A stretch of DNA of 64,000 bases from Chrysomallon squamiferum. Taxonomy: Eukaryota > Animalia > Mollusca. Of this stretch, positions 27,301 through 40,010 are shown in pieces. Position numbers and translations under genes: made by a program. How positions within the stretch are numbered: the stretch's first letter is position 1; each line of letters begins with the position of its first letter. The stretch covers positions 18,414,001-18,478,000 of the forward strand of contig CM022673.1 in assembly GCA_012295275.1 (NCBI GenBank), in the 5' to 3' direction. Below the pieces are notes generated by a model. That model did not search any database. It was not told the origin of the DNA and was given only the letters and a program-made list of their open reading frames with translations.

Positions 27301-30300
27301 GACACACTCCACACTTACATATTCCTCTCTCCGGTCCTGAATAAAATTTTTTTTTACAGTTCTTACATTTTTCTTTTAAATGTTCCAAGTGTCTATCTAA
27401 GCATGTTTTTTTATCAACTGCTTACACATACACACACACATACACATTTTGTATGTCTGGGTTATTATGTGTGTTTAGGTGTGCTTATGTATTTTGTTTG
27501 AAAATTTCATGAACTGTATGTGCATGTACATGAATATATCAGTAGATTTGTGTTTTGAAATGTATATATTTATAACTCTATTTGTTCATGTATGCTGTCA
27601 AGATCACATAATTAATATTTCTGTAAGCAATCATTATAAAAGCAGACAAATTGAAATGTTACATGTGTTACATTTGAAATGCTTACTTCAACAACATAAT
27701 TAATATTTCTGTAAGAAATCATAATAATGCAGTTAAACTGAAATGTTACAGATGTTACATTTGAAATGCTTACCTCCACACAGTTGGTGGTCGTAGTAGT
27801 CACATGAGTAGTCATCACACTCGCAGAATGGGCCACTGTACTTGAACGCTGAATCTGAACTTCTCTGATAACACTCACAGATGCCACAAACACACTGTCC
27901 TTTACCTGAACATGGTACTGTTGAGTTTGGCCTGGTTTGTAAAACATATATTATTATTTTATTGTTGTTGTTGTTGCTATTTTTGTTGTTGTTATTACTG
28001 TCATTATTATTATTAAACTGGAGAGACAGCTATAAACACTGAATAATAACAATTTGTTTCTTTAGAAGCCGAGTAAAAATGATCTCTTTTGTCTAAGAGA
28101 AACTTGAAGAAGAAAATATTTATAAAACAAAAGATGAAAAGAATATTTACTTAATACACTTGGCATCAGATTCTTCACTGGAGACCACAGTGTCATCACA
28201 TTCACAAAACTTTCCATATCTGCCATGATTGCAGGTACATTTTCCACATTCATATGTACCATTACCATTAGAACATAGTGGACTGTTTGGAATCTAATAA
28301 ACAAAACATCACAGAAATCACAAATACTTAAACTAAGTCTCATCTCTGTAACACTGATAATAACAATTACAGGGGATGATTACATAACTATTTTAATTAT
28401 AATTAACTCAAAAAACTTATAAAATAATAATAATTAAAAGCAAATAATAATAATAAAAAAAAAAAAAAAAAAATAAAAAAGATTTGAATAACAAATCTAG
28501 AGGTACATTTTACTTTAAATGACTAGACTAGAGGCTAGAGTGTAGATTGTTTAAACATTGTGTGTGAAATGTGACTCACCTCCTGGCCCTTTGTTTCACA
28601 TTCACACTCACAGATCAGTTCCAGATTGATAAGTAATTTCTCTGCCAGACCCACAGGGTAGATTTCCAGCTGTCTGTTCCACCTGAGTCTGTCCCTGGGA
28701 CAGTCTGTCACTGTGATCTCAGCAGTAAATGTCACCTGAAACATTATTTTATATTTACAATATTTACATTACTTTCATTTCAAATATTATTTTACATTCA
28801 CAATATTTACATTACTTTCATTTCAAACACCATTTTGCATTTACAATAGTTACATTACTTTCATTTCAAACATTTTACATTTTACAATATTTATTACAAG
28901 TTCTTTAGGAAACATGAACTTTCATTTAAAACTCTTTATAATGATTATATCTAAAAAGATTTCACATTACACAATTTTACATTCAGTTAGTACAACAATT
29001 TCAAAATTGTTGCTGTAATTTTTTCTTTTTATTTTAAGATTATACTTTAACAGACTGATATTAACTATACAAATAAATCAAACATCATTTAGCATAATAT
29101 AACATGTTTGTTATTACTACTGAGTAACTTTAATTAAATAACATTATTTTTCATTTCTTGCAGTTATACTTACATTAGTTCCTATCTTCAAACCTTCACA
29201 TTCATTTGTTTCTTTAATTTTATTTCTGTAACAAGAGAACACTATGATACAAAACAGAAATGAAAGCTAATTTATTTACATTGTTTATTTACATAATCTA
29301 TGGTGGTTATCTGCAATACTGTGAGAATAATATAGCAAGTAAAATTAGTGTTTTTATTTTTTATTATCATCACTAAAATACATACCCAAGACATTTTGAG
29401 AAAAAGTTTACAGTGATGTTTTCTGCATTCTGGGTATTCAAAGTAACTTTTGAGGTAATTTTCTGAAAATAGAACAAAATGTACATAAAGTTTAGTCAAT
29501 CAAATAAATAAATATAAAATGAATTTTCAATCAGACTCATTATCTAAACAAAACAAAATAACTTTTTTGTATTTTTATATTTAAATTTATATTAATTAGA
29601 TATGAACAAATCACAGGACTGAACAGAATCACCTTTTAATTATTTTTTATATTTTTATATTTAAAATATATTAATCAGACATGAACAGATTAATTAACTG
29701 AACAGACTTACCTCATAATTATTTTCTTAAATTTTTTTATTCAAAACATATTAATTAGACATAAATGGAATTACCTTGTAATTGTTTCTGATTAGTGCGA
29801 CAATATTAGCCGAGTCATCAGCAAGTTCTCCAGCAATGGAGCCCTCAATGTACTTAGAGAGTTTTTCATAGACAGCTTTCTGATCCTTGGTGACAGCAAA
29901 AATAACATTGACCTTTTTCTGACTTATCATAGCAGCTATCTGACTAACTGATGGATAATCCTGTAACCACAACAATGTTTAACATTAAACATCAGCCATA
30001 TATCAAATACATAATTATTATTATTTTTTTTTTTAAACTAAAATCCCTCTTGGTAATAAGCAGCATGTGATCTTTTATAAACATTTTTTCAGGACAATAA
30101 AACAGATGCCACAGCTTTTGATAAATGTGCTGGATGGATTTGAAGCAGCCAGACAGTCTCTGTAATACGTGTTTGTAACAAATTGTAGTGTATCTATTAT
30201 ATGGTGCTAACTTATGTTTATACAGCAGCAAGTAATCTTTACAAGTACTATATCTGATATAATACTCAAAATAAATACTAAGCAAGTAAGAATGATGACA

Positions 30301-30817
30301 GGAAGAAAATGGGAATGATGCAAAAAAGATATATTGTAACTATCCTGTACTTATGAAACCAGTAAAATGAAAAAAAAGCCTGCCATTTTATTCATCAGTG
30401 AGAGTTAGAATGCCAAAAGAGATATAGGATGCTTTGATTTATTACAAATAGGAGTTCATGTGTAAAAATTCATTAACGTACCTGGTTGGAGCTTTCCGTG
30501 TACATTCCATGACTATTCATGTGACAGTGTCCATCATTTGGTTTAATAATACCACCAAGCTGAACACAAAATGAAAATGCTTTTTAAAACATTATTATTT
30601 TCATATAAATCAATTACATTTCTCTAGAATCCACCACAGAATACAAATTAACCAAACTGATTATTTAACATTACTATGTTTGTGTATGTGTTATTACTTA
30701 TATACACATTTAATCTCTCACAATTTGACAGATTTTCACTGCATGGACAAAGAGTGCTGATAAACAACAAGAAAACTTTCACAGTGAAACTATACTGTGC
30801 TGAAGACAGAAAAAAAA

Positions 30818-30849
<32 letters not shown>

Positions 30850-33800
30850 GAAGAAGAAGAATAAGAATAATTTAATAAAAATATAGTTATATTTTGTACA
30901 TGAAGTGTGATGAAGTTATTTGTAGTTTAGTTAATCAGTGTTCTAAATTACACAAGTACCAGCTTGTGTCTGGTGAACTAAAAATAGATCATCAAATCAC
31001 ATTCTACACATACAATATTACACACAAATATAAATATCAGCACAAACACTGAACATTCTTCACAAACCAGAGATGTGCACTAACAGTTATTAATTAAAAA
31101 ACAGTGGAAATAGACACAAAACAAAGAATGTTACATAGTTCATCACATGGACATGCAAAACTAATATATATGTTCAATATAAAAACACAAATCAAATATA
31201 CAAGTCAAAAATAAATAAAAATTAATTGCAAAACAAATTGAGCCATTGTCATTACAGGTGGGTATATCCGTGTGTAGATGTGTATATATGTGTGTTAATG
31301 TTAAGGACATTTAAGTGTGTTTTATTTATTAATTTTTTTTTTTAATCCTTTCAAACATTACAGCTGTCAGATAAAAACAAACGGCATTTTGTCATCATCA
31401 AAATAAAAGAAACATAGAAGACTCAAAATTCAGAGATTGCACATCTCAACAAATTTAATAAAATTTTCTATCAGTTGATTAAAATGTGAGTGTAGATTAA
31501 CTTTAATTAACTAGAGTAAGCTAAACGGACCTTTCCATCACCAGCATAATGAAATCCTGCATCCGTAGAGAAAACAAGCATTCTTCTCGACTGATTGCGC
31601 CAGCCTATATCTGACTGAAAACAAGTCACACACATCAAAACATGGAGTTTAAAAAAAAAAAAAGACTTTGTGAAACTGTTTCTGTCATGTCAGTAATGCA
31701 CAAACAACTCTGTACACACTCAGTTTAGTTGTTCTCTTTTCATTTGGTTTTATTACAAAGCTAAACTATAAAAAAAGGTTATTCATATTTAAAAGAAAAT
31801 TAAAGAATGCATTACTGTCATACACACAAGAACAGTTTCACTAAATAAAATGGTAAATCATTCAATGCAAAAGCAGGTAATGAGAAGCAAAGAGTTAACA
31901 AGGAATAAATAACAACACTCTAGAGTTATTTTTCACATGACATGGCTTTCACAAACCTTTCCATCCCCTGCATAATGAAAACCAGCATCCGTTGAAAATA
32001 CCAACATTCTGCGAGACACATTTCGCCAGCCTATTGTCTCCTTGACAACAAGAAAACAGTTACAGCAATATTCAAATTTACATACTTGATGTCAGTAATA
32101 ACAACACATCTTGATCACGGAAGATAAATATTAAAACTGTGCAGCATCATTAATTCAGAATTAAGGTATATTCATTTTTTTAATTTTAAATATTTAAATT
32201 TCAAAAACAAAAAGAAAAAAGATCAAATAAATGTAAGTAGTAATGTGAATATCTTACATCACAAACAATTGCCTGCATAATGGCATCAAAACCACCCTCC
32301 GGGGCATCCAGATTTCCTGATACATTGGCAGCCAGCACCTTTTTCTGTTAAACATAAGTATAGTGAAATATAAATATTGACACTCTCTGTCAAAGAAAGC
32401 AATTCATAAGTCTCATAAATTTTATAAATTATATTTAAAATTTTGTTAACAATAGTTGGTTTTATTAAATATTCAATAACTGTAATTTAAAAAAAAAAAA
32501 AATTCAAGATATGCATCCTAAAAATAATTCTAAAGTAAACTTTTTACTTTGATTAATGATTAAAATATTAAGAATTATGTCAATGAGTTTTGATCCTGTG
32601 TCTCAACTACCAAACTAGCAAAAAAAATACCTTTAACAATTTCATTAAGATTAATCATGAACTGATCGCATCAGTAATTTAGTGAATAAAATACATATAA
32701 CAGTTGTGCTATCTAAATTATAATAATTATAAAAATGTTCTTGACGGGTAAATCCTGATATTAAAACACACACTTACAGCAAAGAGAGAAGTGTCTAAAT
32801 CCAGACTCAGCTGATTTTTAAAACTGTATGGAGCTTCACATGGTGCTCCAGTACTTGTACGACATGGAATACGCAGTCTGATGAAATAAAAATTAAGAAA
32901 CAAAAACATTATATATATACACACACACACACATTTCCAACAGCATGACTGCTAAAATAACAAAACCTTTTAAATTTAATAAATATATTCTTTCATGTTA
33001 AAATGATTTCAGAAAATTATTTATATATAAACACTTACTTTTGTTCCACAGTACTAACATATGGCATAACAACTTTGTCCACAAATGATCCAAATCCAAG
33101 ACGGAAATTCTTTGTAATGGCAGACATACTTTCAGCTGAAAAATGTGACAACAAATATATCTTGTTTTAATTCTTTATCATTATTAATTACTAATTTGTG
33201 AGAAAAGCAATATGTATTCTATCAAAGACATATATATAACTTGTGTCATTTCCATAAAATTCCTGTTTAATTTTTTTAACAAAGAAAACACCAAAAAACA
33301 AAAAAAAACTATGCTAGTTAATTATACTACCTTTAAATAGTGAAGAATTAGACATTTAAAACATTTACGAAATTTAAAGTTAACATATTTAAATGTAAAC
33401 CAAACAGTAACTCTGAATTACTCAAGAGTTTTAAACAAAGAAATGTGTGCATAAAATAAAACCTACCAATGAGATTTCCCAGCTCCGCTAATTTGTCTTT
33501 GTCATCCTCCATAGAGTTGGAAAGATCCATCAAGTAGTACAGGTCTACAGGGTAATTCTCTGCCTGTCGAAACTTGATTGGTATTGTCACTGGTTTGTCT
33601 GGTAAAAATTATATTTTATTATTATTTAGTGGGTAGGTGAAAGATAGAAACAGAATAATAACTGATATGGAAAATGAGGAATTTCAATTCTTAAAGTCTC
33701 TGCAACAAATATTAACAAATTTAATTCCTATAAAAATATATAAAGTAGCCACTATCAAATTAATCTTTTATATAAATATCATAGCAATAAACTTGTATTA

Positions 33801-34186
33801 AAGAGATATTAGAAATATATCGAGGTTTAAAATATTTTAATAGTAAGGTTACTGTAACACTCACTGGGTCTAATCTTGATTTTCACTTCTTGTGGCTGAA
33901 TTTGCACTGCATCTTCCGGTCTGTCTCCATCTTGCACTGGATCATTCTAAATCCAGTAAGAAAATAAACATTTATTATACATTTGATTCTGAAATATCCT
34001 TTCAAATACTTACAATCTAAAATTAAAATATTGTTAAAAGAAAGATGGACACAAAGGTTAATTCTGTACAATGTAAATGTTTTATATGATGTGCTAAAAA
34101 TATTTTATTGATGATTTGCACCCACCTATACACAACATAAAGGGATGGGCAGGATAGGTATTCTTAATTTTATTTTCATATGATAC

Positions 34187-34226
<40 letters not shown>

Positions 34227-35327
34227 CCATCTTACCCTCAAGTTCACTGTGCTGTCCCCAGGGAACACAATACTGTCTGGGTCACACCCTCCAGCTTTGA
34301 CAAGGTTTTCATACAAATCACATCTTGCTCGATTCTCCTTGTCAAAAGCCTGCAACATAAATAGTGTTATACATAGGACAGACATTAATATTAGTTTTGG
34401 TTAAATTTACCTGGTCTACACTAAACTTCAAAATGTTTAATTTACTTACGATTTTCATTCAGTTTCAGTTAATTCTTTTCATTCAAACAAAACATCTTAA
34501 TTAATTGCAAAGTCAGCCAGTATTAGTTAATTCTTTAGGGATTAATGTTAACAGCCTTTAAATCATTAAAGTGTAACTTATTTTATATAGTATACATAGT
34601 TCCGTTTTTTAATTATATATTTTTAATGAAATAATGATATACATAGGTTGCTAATGTAAATAAATGTGACAAAATTCCTAGTGATGTTATAAAATAAAGA
34701 ACATGATAACCTAAAAGTAGCTTTGTGGATTTATTATCTTATTTAATATTTAAGTATATACAATGGCTTGGTTTTCAGTAACATACATATATATAAAAAA
34801 ACATTTTAATTTTTTTTTTTTAAATTACTTGATAATATATAATATCACTTTAGACTATTAATTAGCTTCAAGTTTCAACTAATTTATTTAACTTCAAATC
34901 AATTTAATAACAGTTCAGGCTTCACTGAAGTTTTAATATATATAAATCTTTATTACCTCAGCCAAACACCATCCACAGCCAGCTGCAGTGGCAATACACT
35001 GACCACAGGATACCTGAGCCTTGTCATCCAGACAGGGGTTCACCTTACCATGACCTGAAACAATACCCACCCTTAGTACAATATACACATCTCAGTACTA
35101 CATACTGGATTTATATTTAGTAGTAACAGCATTAAGCAGTATTTTTAAAATTTGATTACATGTATCATTGTTTTTTGTGAATGCTTTTGATTTTTTTTAT
35201 CTGACCTACATCTTCACTATAGTATATTTATTATGTACAACTATGATTCTACAGGTATGCTTATGCTGCTGGTGTTAGTACAACCACTGTTATTACTGCT
35301 GCTATATCCTCCTTCTACTAATAATGT

Positions 35328-35412
<85 letters not shown>

Positions 35413-35772
35413 TTTGAACATTTGAAGAGTTAATTATTAATAAATGATGGATCTAATTATGGTGAATATATAATTATATTACTTTATTGTAATGATTAAT
35501 CATGGCATAACACAGTAAAATATGTGTTAAAAATGGTTATAAATTTCACATCAGTAAAAACAAACAACAAATAATTATACATTCATTAATTTTACTCTTT
35601 TCTTAATTAATATTAATTATTTATTTATTTATTTTAAGAAATAATAAAATAATGTATTTAAATATATATTTTAATTATCTGTATAATTACTTTTAAATTT
35701 CGTACCTTGTGCATTGGTTGCAGAAACAGCAATTAGTAAAATAATAAAGATCTCTTTCATGTCAAGCGTCAT
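24315..35772 (-). CDS. integrin beta subunit (beta-1/betaPS type), ~797 aa, 22 coding exons per transcript
   Basis: Exons 35772-35706, 35054-34957, 34349-34236, 33946-33865, 33598-33467, 33135-33039, 32877-32778, 32344-32258, [32040-31957 or 31614-31531], 30559-30482, 29960-29775, 29462-29386, 29225-29174, 28735-28580, 28293-28151, 27931-27774, 27336-27227, 26844-26752, 26231-26105, 25522-25409, 24961-24795, 24386-24315. Features: signal peptide, PSI Cys, [18 protein letters not shown] (MIDAS), [30 protein letters not shown] repeats, [18 protein letters not shown] and NPTY. Confidence 0.97.
31531..31614 (-). CDS. integrin beta alternative coding exon 9b ([28 protein letters not shown])
   Basis: 84 nt, phase 0/0, ttcag|TCA...AAG|gtccgt. 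Confidence 0.88.
31670..31841 (-). promoter_or_regulatory. intronic inverted repeat (candidate splicing-regulatory RNA stem) between exons 9a and 9b
   Basis: gtgaaactgtt (31670-80) pairs with aacagtttcac (31831-41) at 11/11. atgtcagtaatgca (31687-700) pairs with tgcattactgtcat (31808-21) at 13/14. The helices are nested and colinear. Confidence 0.65.
31957..32040 (-). CDS. integrin beta alternative coding exon 9a ([28 protein letters not shown])
   Basis: 84 nt, phase 0/0, caag|GAG...AAG|gtttgt. Confidence 0.88.
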
Positions 35773-35829
35773 CCTTGAAAAATGAAAAATAAAAAAACAG
35801 CATATATAAGAGGAAGCAACTGTATGTGA

Positions 35830-35917
<88 letters not shown>

Positions 35918-36336
35918 TCGTATAAAGTACATCATTTATATAACACTGTAAAACTTATGTTTACAAAAATGCAAATATTAAGTAAAACAATTCACAGCTG
36001 ACTAGTTGCTTGTCAGTGATTAGTCATGTACGATCTGACTTGCAAGGGATGAGCATCATTTATTTTCATTTTAATCATAACTAAGGTACACAAAACTTTA
36101 AAAGTTAATTCACATTAATAAATATATCAGTATCAGTGTTGCTTTACCGTATACGGTTCGACATGATAACGTCTGAATTTCTTAAAATAATTTTTTTTGT
36201 TAAATAAACAATCAGTGGAGCTCAGGTCAAGCAAAACTTTCAAAGAAATGTTAGTGTAACAGTGTTGGAACCCGTTTTATTATTTTACCCAACTCTTCGA
36301 ATCAAAAGACTATATTCGGTTAAATGTAAATCTTAC

Positions 36337-36653
36337 CTGTTAGCTCGTTTTGAATTAATATAAGTTTAAATCTACATCTAACGAAGTAATTTACCCCAAA
36401 TATCCCTTTTTCCTGTAAATATTTCTCACTAACCAAACCCAGCGGTGACTAAATATGGCGAGCCCCCACAATGATGACGTCACTGAGGAAAGAGGAAATG
36501 CCAAATGCCAAAAGTCTTGTTAAACTAAATCGTTTGGTAAGCGAGGCAGCAGGTGCGAGAAATGCATTTTGATGCACCAATTAATATTTAATATTAACAA
36601 TTAAAGATATTATAAAAGTAATTGTTTTGTAACTGTTATATCATCTTGTTGAG
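36337..36653. promoter_or_regulatory. probable bidirectional promoter (integrin beta non-coding first exon / beta-lactamase-like gene)
   Basis: Strong minus-strand donor CAG|gtaaga at 36337. Locally CpG-richer. Palindromic CRE TGACGTCA at 36475-36482, YY1-like AATATGGCG at 36452-36460, ETS-like GAGGAAA. The + strand ATG is at 36654. Confidence 0.55.
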
Positions 36654-37137
36654 ATGTCTGCTTCGATGAATCAGCCATTTTATTATCAGAAAGATCACTC
36701 GTACAGTGTGCTGTCCAGTTAGTTCTAGCTGTTTTATCTTGGTTATTGGTGAACAAAAATTGTCGACTATCATTCGTTATGCTAATCTTAATGTTTTGAC
36801 ATTGTAATAATTATAAATGGTGGGCCACAGTCTTGGTCCTGTACTTAATTAATATTTCCTTAAGTAACCTAGGTCTGTTGTTTGTATTTTATTACTTACT
36901 TACTATTATTATTATTAGTAGTATAATGTATTTCAGCAATTATGTTTTTTTATTAGTATTTATGAATTTTTGTTTTATCTTATGTTGTTATCTCTTTTTA
37001 TCTTTATTTTTACTTATGTTTATTTATTCTTATGAGAATCATTATTTGAAAATGGTCTTAATAGGTTTAAACTATGTTGGAAGTTAAATTTGGCAGAATA
37101 CATATCTTAAAAAATAATAACAAAAATATATGTATAT

Positions 37138-37189
<52 letters not shown>

Positions 37190-38161
37190 GTAAATTAATA
37201 AATAATTAGGCCTATAAGTTAAAATTTATTTTCAGGTGATGTGTGTGCTAATGAAAATACACCTACACATTTGACTAACTTCAATGAGATTGTGACAGAT
37301 TTTCTGAAAGAACAAGGAATTCCTGGGGCATCCCTTGCTTTGTGTTACAATGGAAATCTGGTTTACAGTCAAGGTATTACAAAAACAAAATAAAAGGAAT
37401 TGTAGAATAGATACAATTACATGATATAAAACCATAAATGATTTATGTATTTTTTGTTGTTGTTGACATGAAGGTTATGGGTCAGGTGGATGTGGAAGGC
37501 GGGTGCACTCTGCCTCACAGTTCCGCATTGCTAGTATCAGTAAAACCATCACTGCAGCAGCTGTTCTTAGACTGGTGGAACAGGAAAAGATAACTCTAGA
37601 AGATACTCTATTTGGAGATAAAGGTAATCAAAATTTAATCTTTATATTTATACTTTTATTATAAATTTTATCCAACACACTTATATATATATTGCCTTTA
37701 TGTTTTGTTTTCATTTTTATTTTACTTTATTGTTATTGTTATTATTTTTTTTTTTATCTTTTTTATTATTATTTTTTTTTTACTATAGGAATTTTGAAAC
37801 AGTTTAAACCGACCAAAAAGGGAGATAAACGTGTGTTAAAGATAACAGTACGACATTTGTTACAACATTCAGGAGGCTGGGATCGAGACCGAGCAGGAGA
37901 TGCAGTGTTTTGGAAACTGGACAAGGTCACTCAGTGGGTGGATGCTACAAGTGAGGCAGCAAATAAACGACTGGTCAAGTTTATGATGACCAAAAAATTG
38001 CAGTTCACTCCTGGTCTGTTTACATTGCAGCATTTACCAGCTACTTAGAAAAAAACCTTAATACATGCTCTTCAAAATATATAGTTAAATGACATGATTT
38101 CTGTGTTTTTAATATTTACATCTGAGAATATTATAATTTTAAAATTATTACAGTAAATAAA

Positions 38162-38192
<31 letters not shown>

Positions 38193-40010
38193 TTTTTTAC
38201 TAAATTTTGGAAAATGCTCATGTATTTCATTTTTCTTTATTTTCTTGATCTCTATTTAAAACACAAGTAATAATTTTTCAGGAAGCAGACATTCTTATTC
38301 TAATCTAGGGTATCTAATTCTGGGTTTGGTTGTCACAGAAGTCGCTGGTGTGACTTATGAAACTTATGTCACATCAATGATAGATGAGATAGGAATAAAA
38401 ACTCTCAAAGTTGGAAACACAAAACATATACTGTGTTCTCCAGATGAGGTTTGAACATTTTGTAAAATTTGAATTTATTTTGTTAGTTTCAAAAAATAAT
38501 TGTTTTTAAGTCACAGGTATGCAAATTATCAAGTATTAACATTTAATGTACATCAAGTTCACTAGTTTATCATCTGTCATGAATCTGACATTTAAATTTG
38601 CTGATATATTTGAATAATTACTCGAATGTTTATATCTAATTTATTTAAAATATTTTTAATTACTCAAATCAAGTATATATTTATGATTTTCATGTTTGCT
38701 TGATTCTTGATTTATATCATTCAGTTTATTTTTTAATGTAGGTCGAGTACTTCAATAAACGTGACCCACAGCTTCAACAATCTATCTTCAAAGGGGAGGG
38801 AACTGTTGTACCACAGTATGGATCCTTCAGTATGGAGAACACAGCAGCGTATGGGGGGTGGGTCATCTCAGCTGTGGACCTGATTAAAATATTACACTCT
38901 CTAGATGGTTCAAATAGATTTTCTCTTCTTTCAGCTTCATCATTTTCACAAATGATCAAAGCTCCTAGTTTTTCAAATGGACCTGATTGGTATGGTCTTG
39001 GCCTTGATGTCCAGGACAGTGGCTTGACCTGGGGTCACACTGGAGCTATGGAAGGGACGTCATGCGCGATGATGAAACACAAGAGTAATATGTCATGGGT
39101 TTTCTTATTGAATGCTTGGTCTAGAGACTCTGATCTTGATGGTTTGATCAAGTTTGCTCTGAGCACAGTTGAATGCTGGCCACTGTGGTATCATTTTCCT
39201 CAGTCTTCAGCAGATATGTTTGAAATTCTGTCTCAGGATGGACAACAGTTAGTCAAGTTGAGACTTCCTTGTGTCTCTCTCAAAGACTATTTGAACTGTA
39301 AATTATCTTGTGGATTTGTAATTAAGTGTATTAATGCTTGTAGTGATGGTGGTGATATTTATTTTAATTTAGTCATGAATTTAGAAGATAAAAAATGTAT
39401 TTTTAAAACTGATGTACGAATAGAAGATATTGATATGCAGATTGATAGAGCTAGTAAAAATGGTTTTGTTCTCGATTTTGTAGAAGTGTATGTTACTTGT
39501 GACTGTCCATTACACATTTTAATATTTTATCAAAGTTTAGAAAATGACAGGAAATTTTATTCTTTACTTGAAGCTACAGAATATTTAGAGTTAGTTAAAG
39601 TACAGAAGGAAACTGGTTATCAAGTTTCTCTGCAGTCTGTTGTTTGTATATCTGATAAAATTTTAGTTTCAGCCATCTTTAAAAAAATGGAATATTTTAC
39701 TACTTTTTCTTGGGTACAAATATCCCCTGAAGACTTTGTTTTTGAATTAAGAAAACAAATTATTAAAAAGAATCACTTGATTTATATGAAATTCTTTTCC
39801 GTGAATAATGAGTCCTATGTCAGTGCTGTTTGGGCGGCCAGGTACCATGGTAACTGTTACCAAAGAAACGGATCTTCACTGTATGGGTTTTTATATGAAC
39901 TGCGTAATTCAGCCTTGATGAATATTCATGTAGAGTGTTTGTCTGCATACAGTGAAGATGGTATTATTAACTATGCTGCAGTGTGGTCAGAAGGAAATGA
40001 AACTATTTAA
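36654..40010 (+). CDS. serine beta-lactamase/DD-peptidase-like hydrolase with five C-terminal ~50-aa repeats (BTRD1/polyglycine-hydrolase-like), ~670 aa, 6 exons
   Basis: Exons 36654-36717 (least certain), 37236-37373, 37474-37623, 37789-38013, 38282-38448, 38742-40010; phases consistent. Motifs: IPGASLA, FRIASISK (SxxK), ITVRHLLQHSGG, FTPGSRHSYSNLGY (YxN), AYGGWVISAVDL, YGLG, WGHTG (HTG). The repeats end in FNLVM/HILIF/VSAIF/VSAVW/YAAVW. Confidence 0.9.

Noticed and set aside
31722-31767. Small nested hairpin (agtttag/ctaaact) inside the exon 9a-9b stem loop, with an agctaaac echo beside the 9b donor
   Set aside because: Only about 7 contiguous pairs in AT-rich sequence, which is within chance expectation unless shown to be conserved.
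36654-40010. Bacterial contamination or a recent HGT insert to explain the beta-lactamase-like and iolG-like genes
   Set aside because: Both have multiple canonical spliceosomal introns and host-like AT content and microsatellites, and they are interleaved with integrin and nurim.
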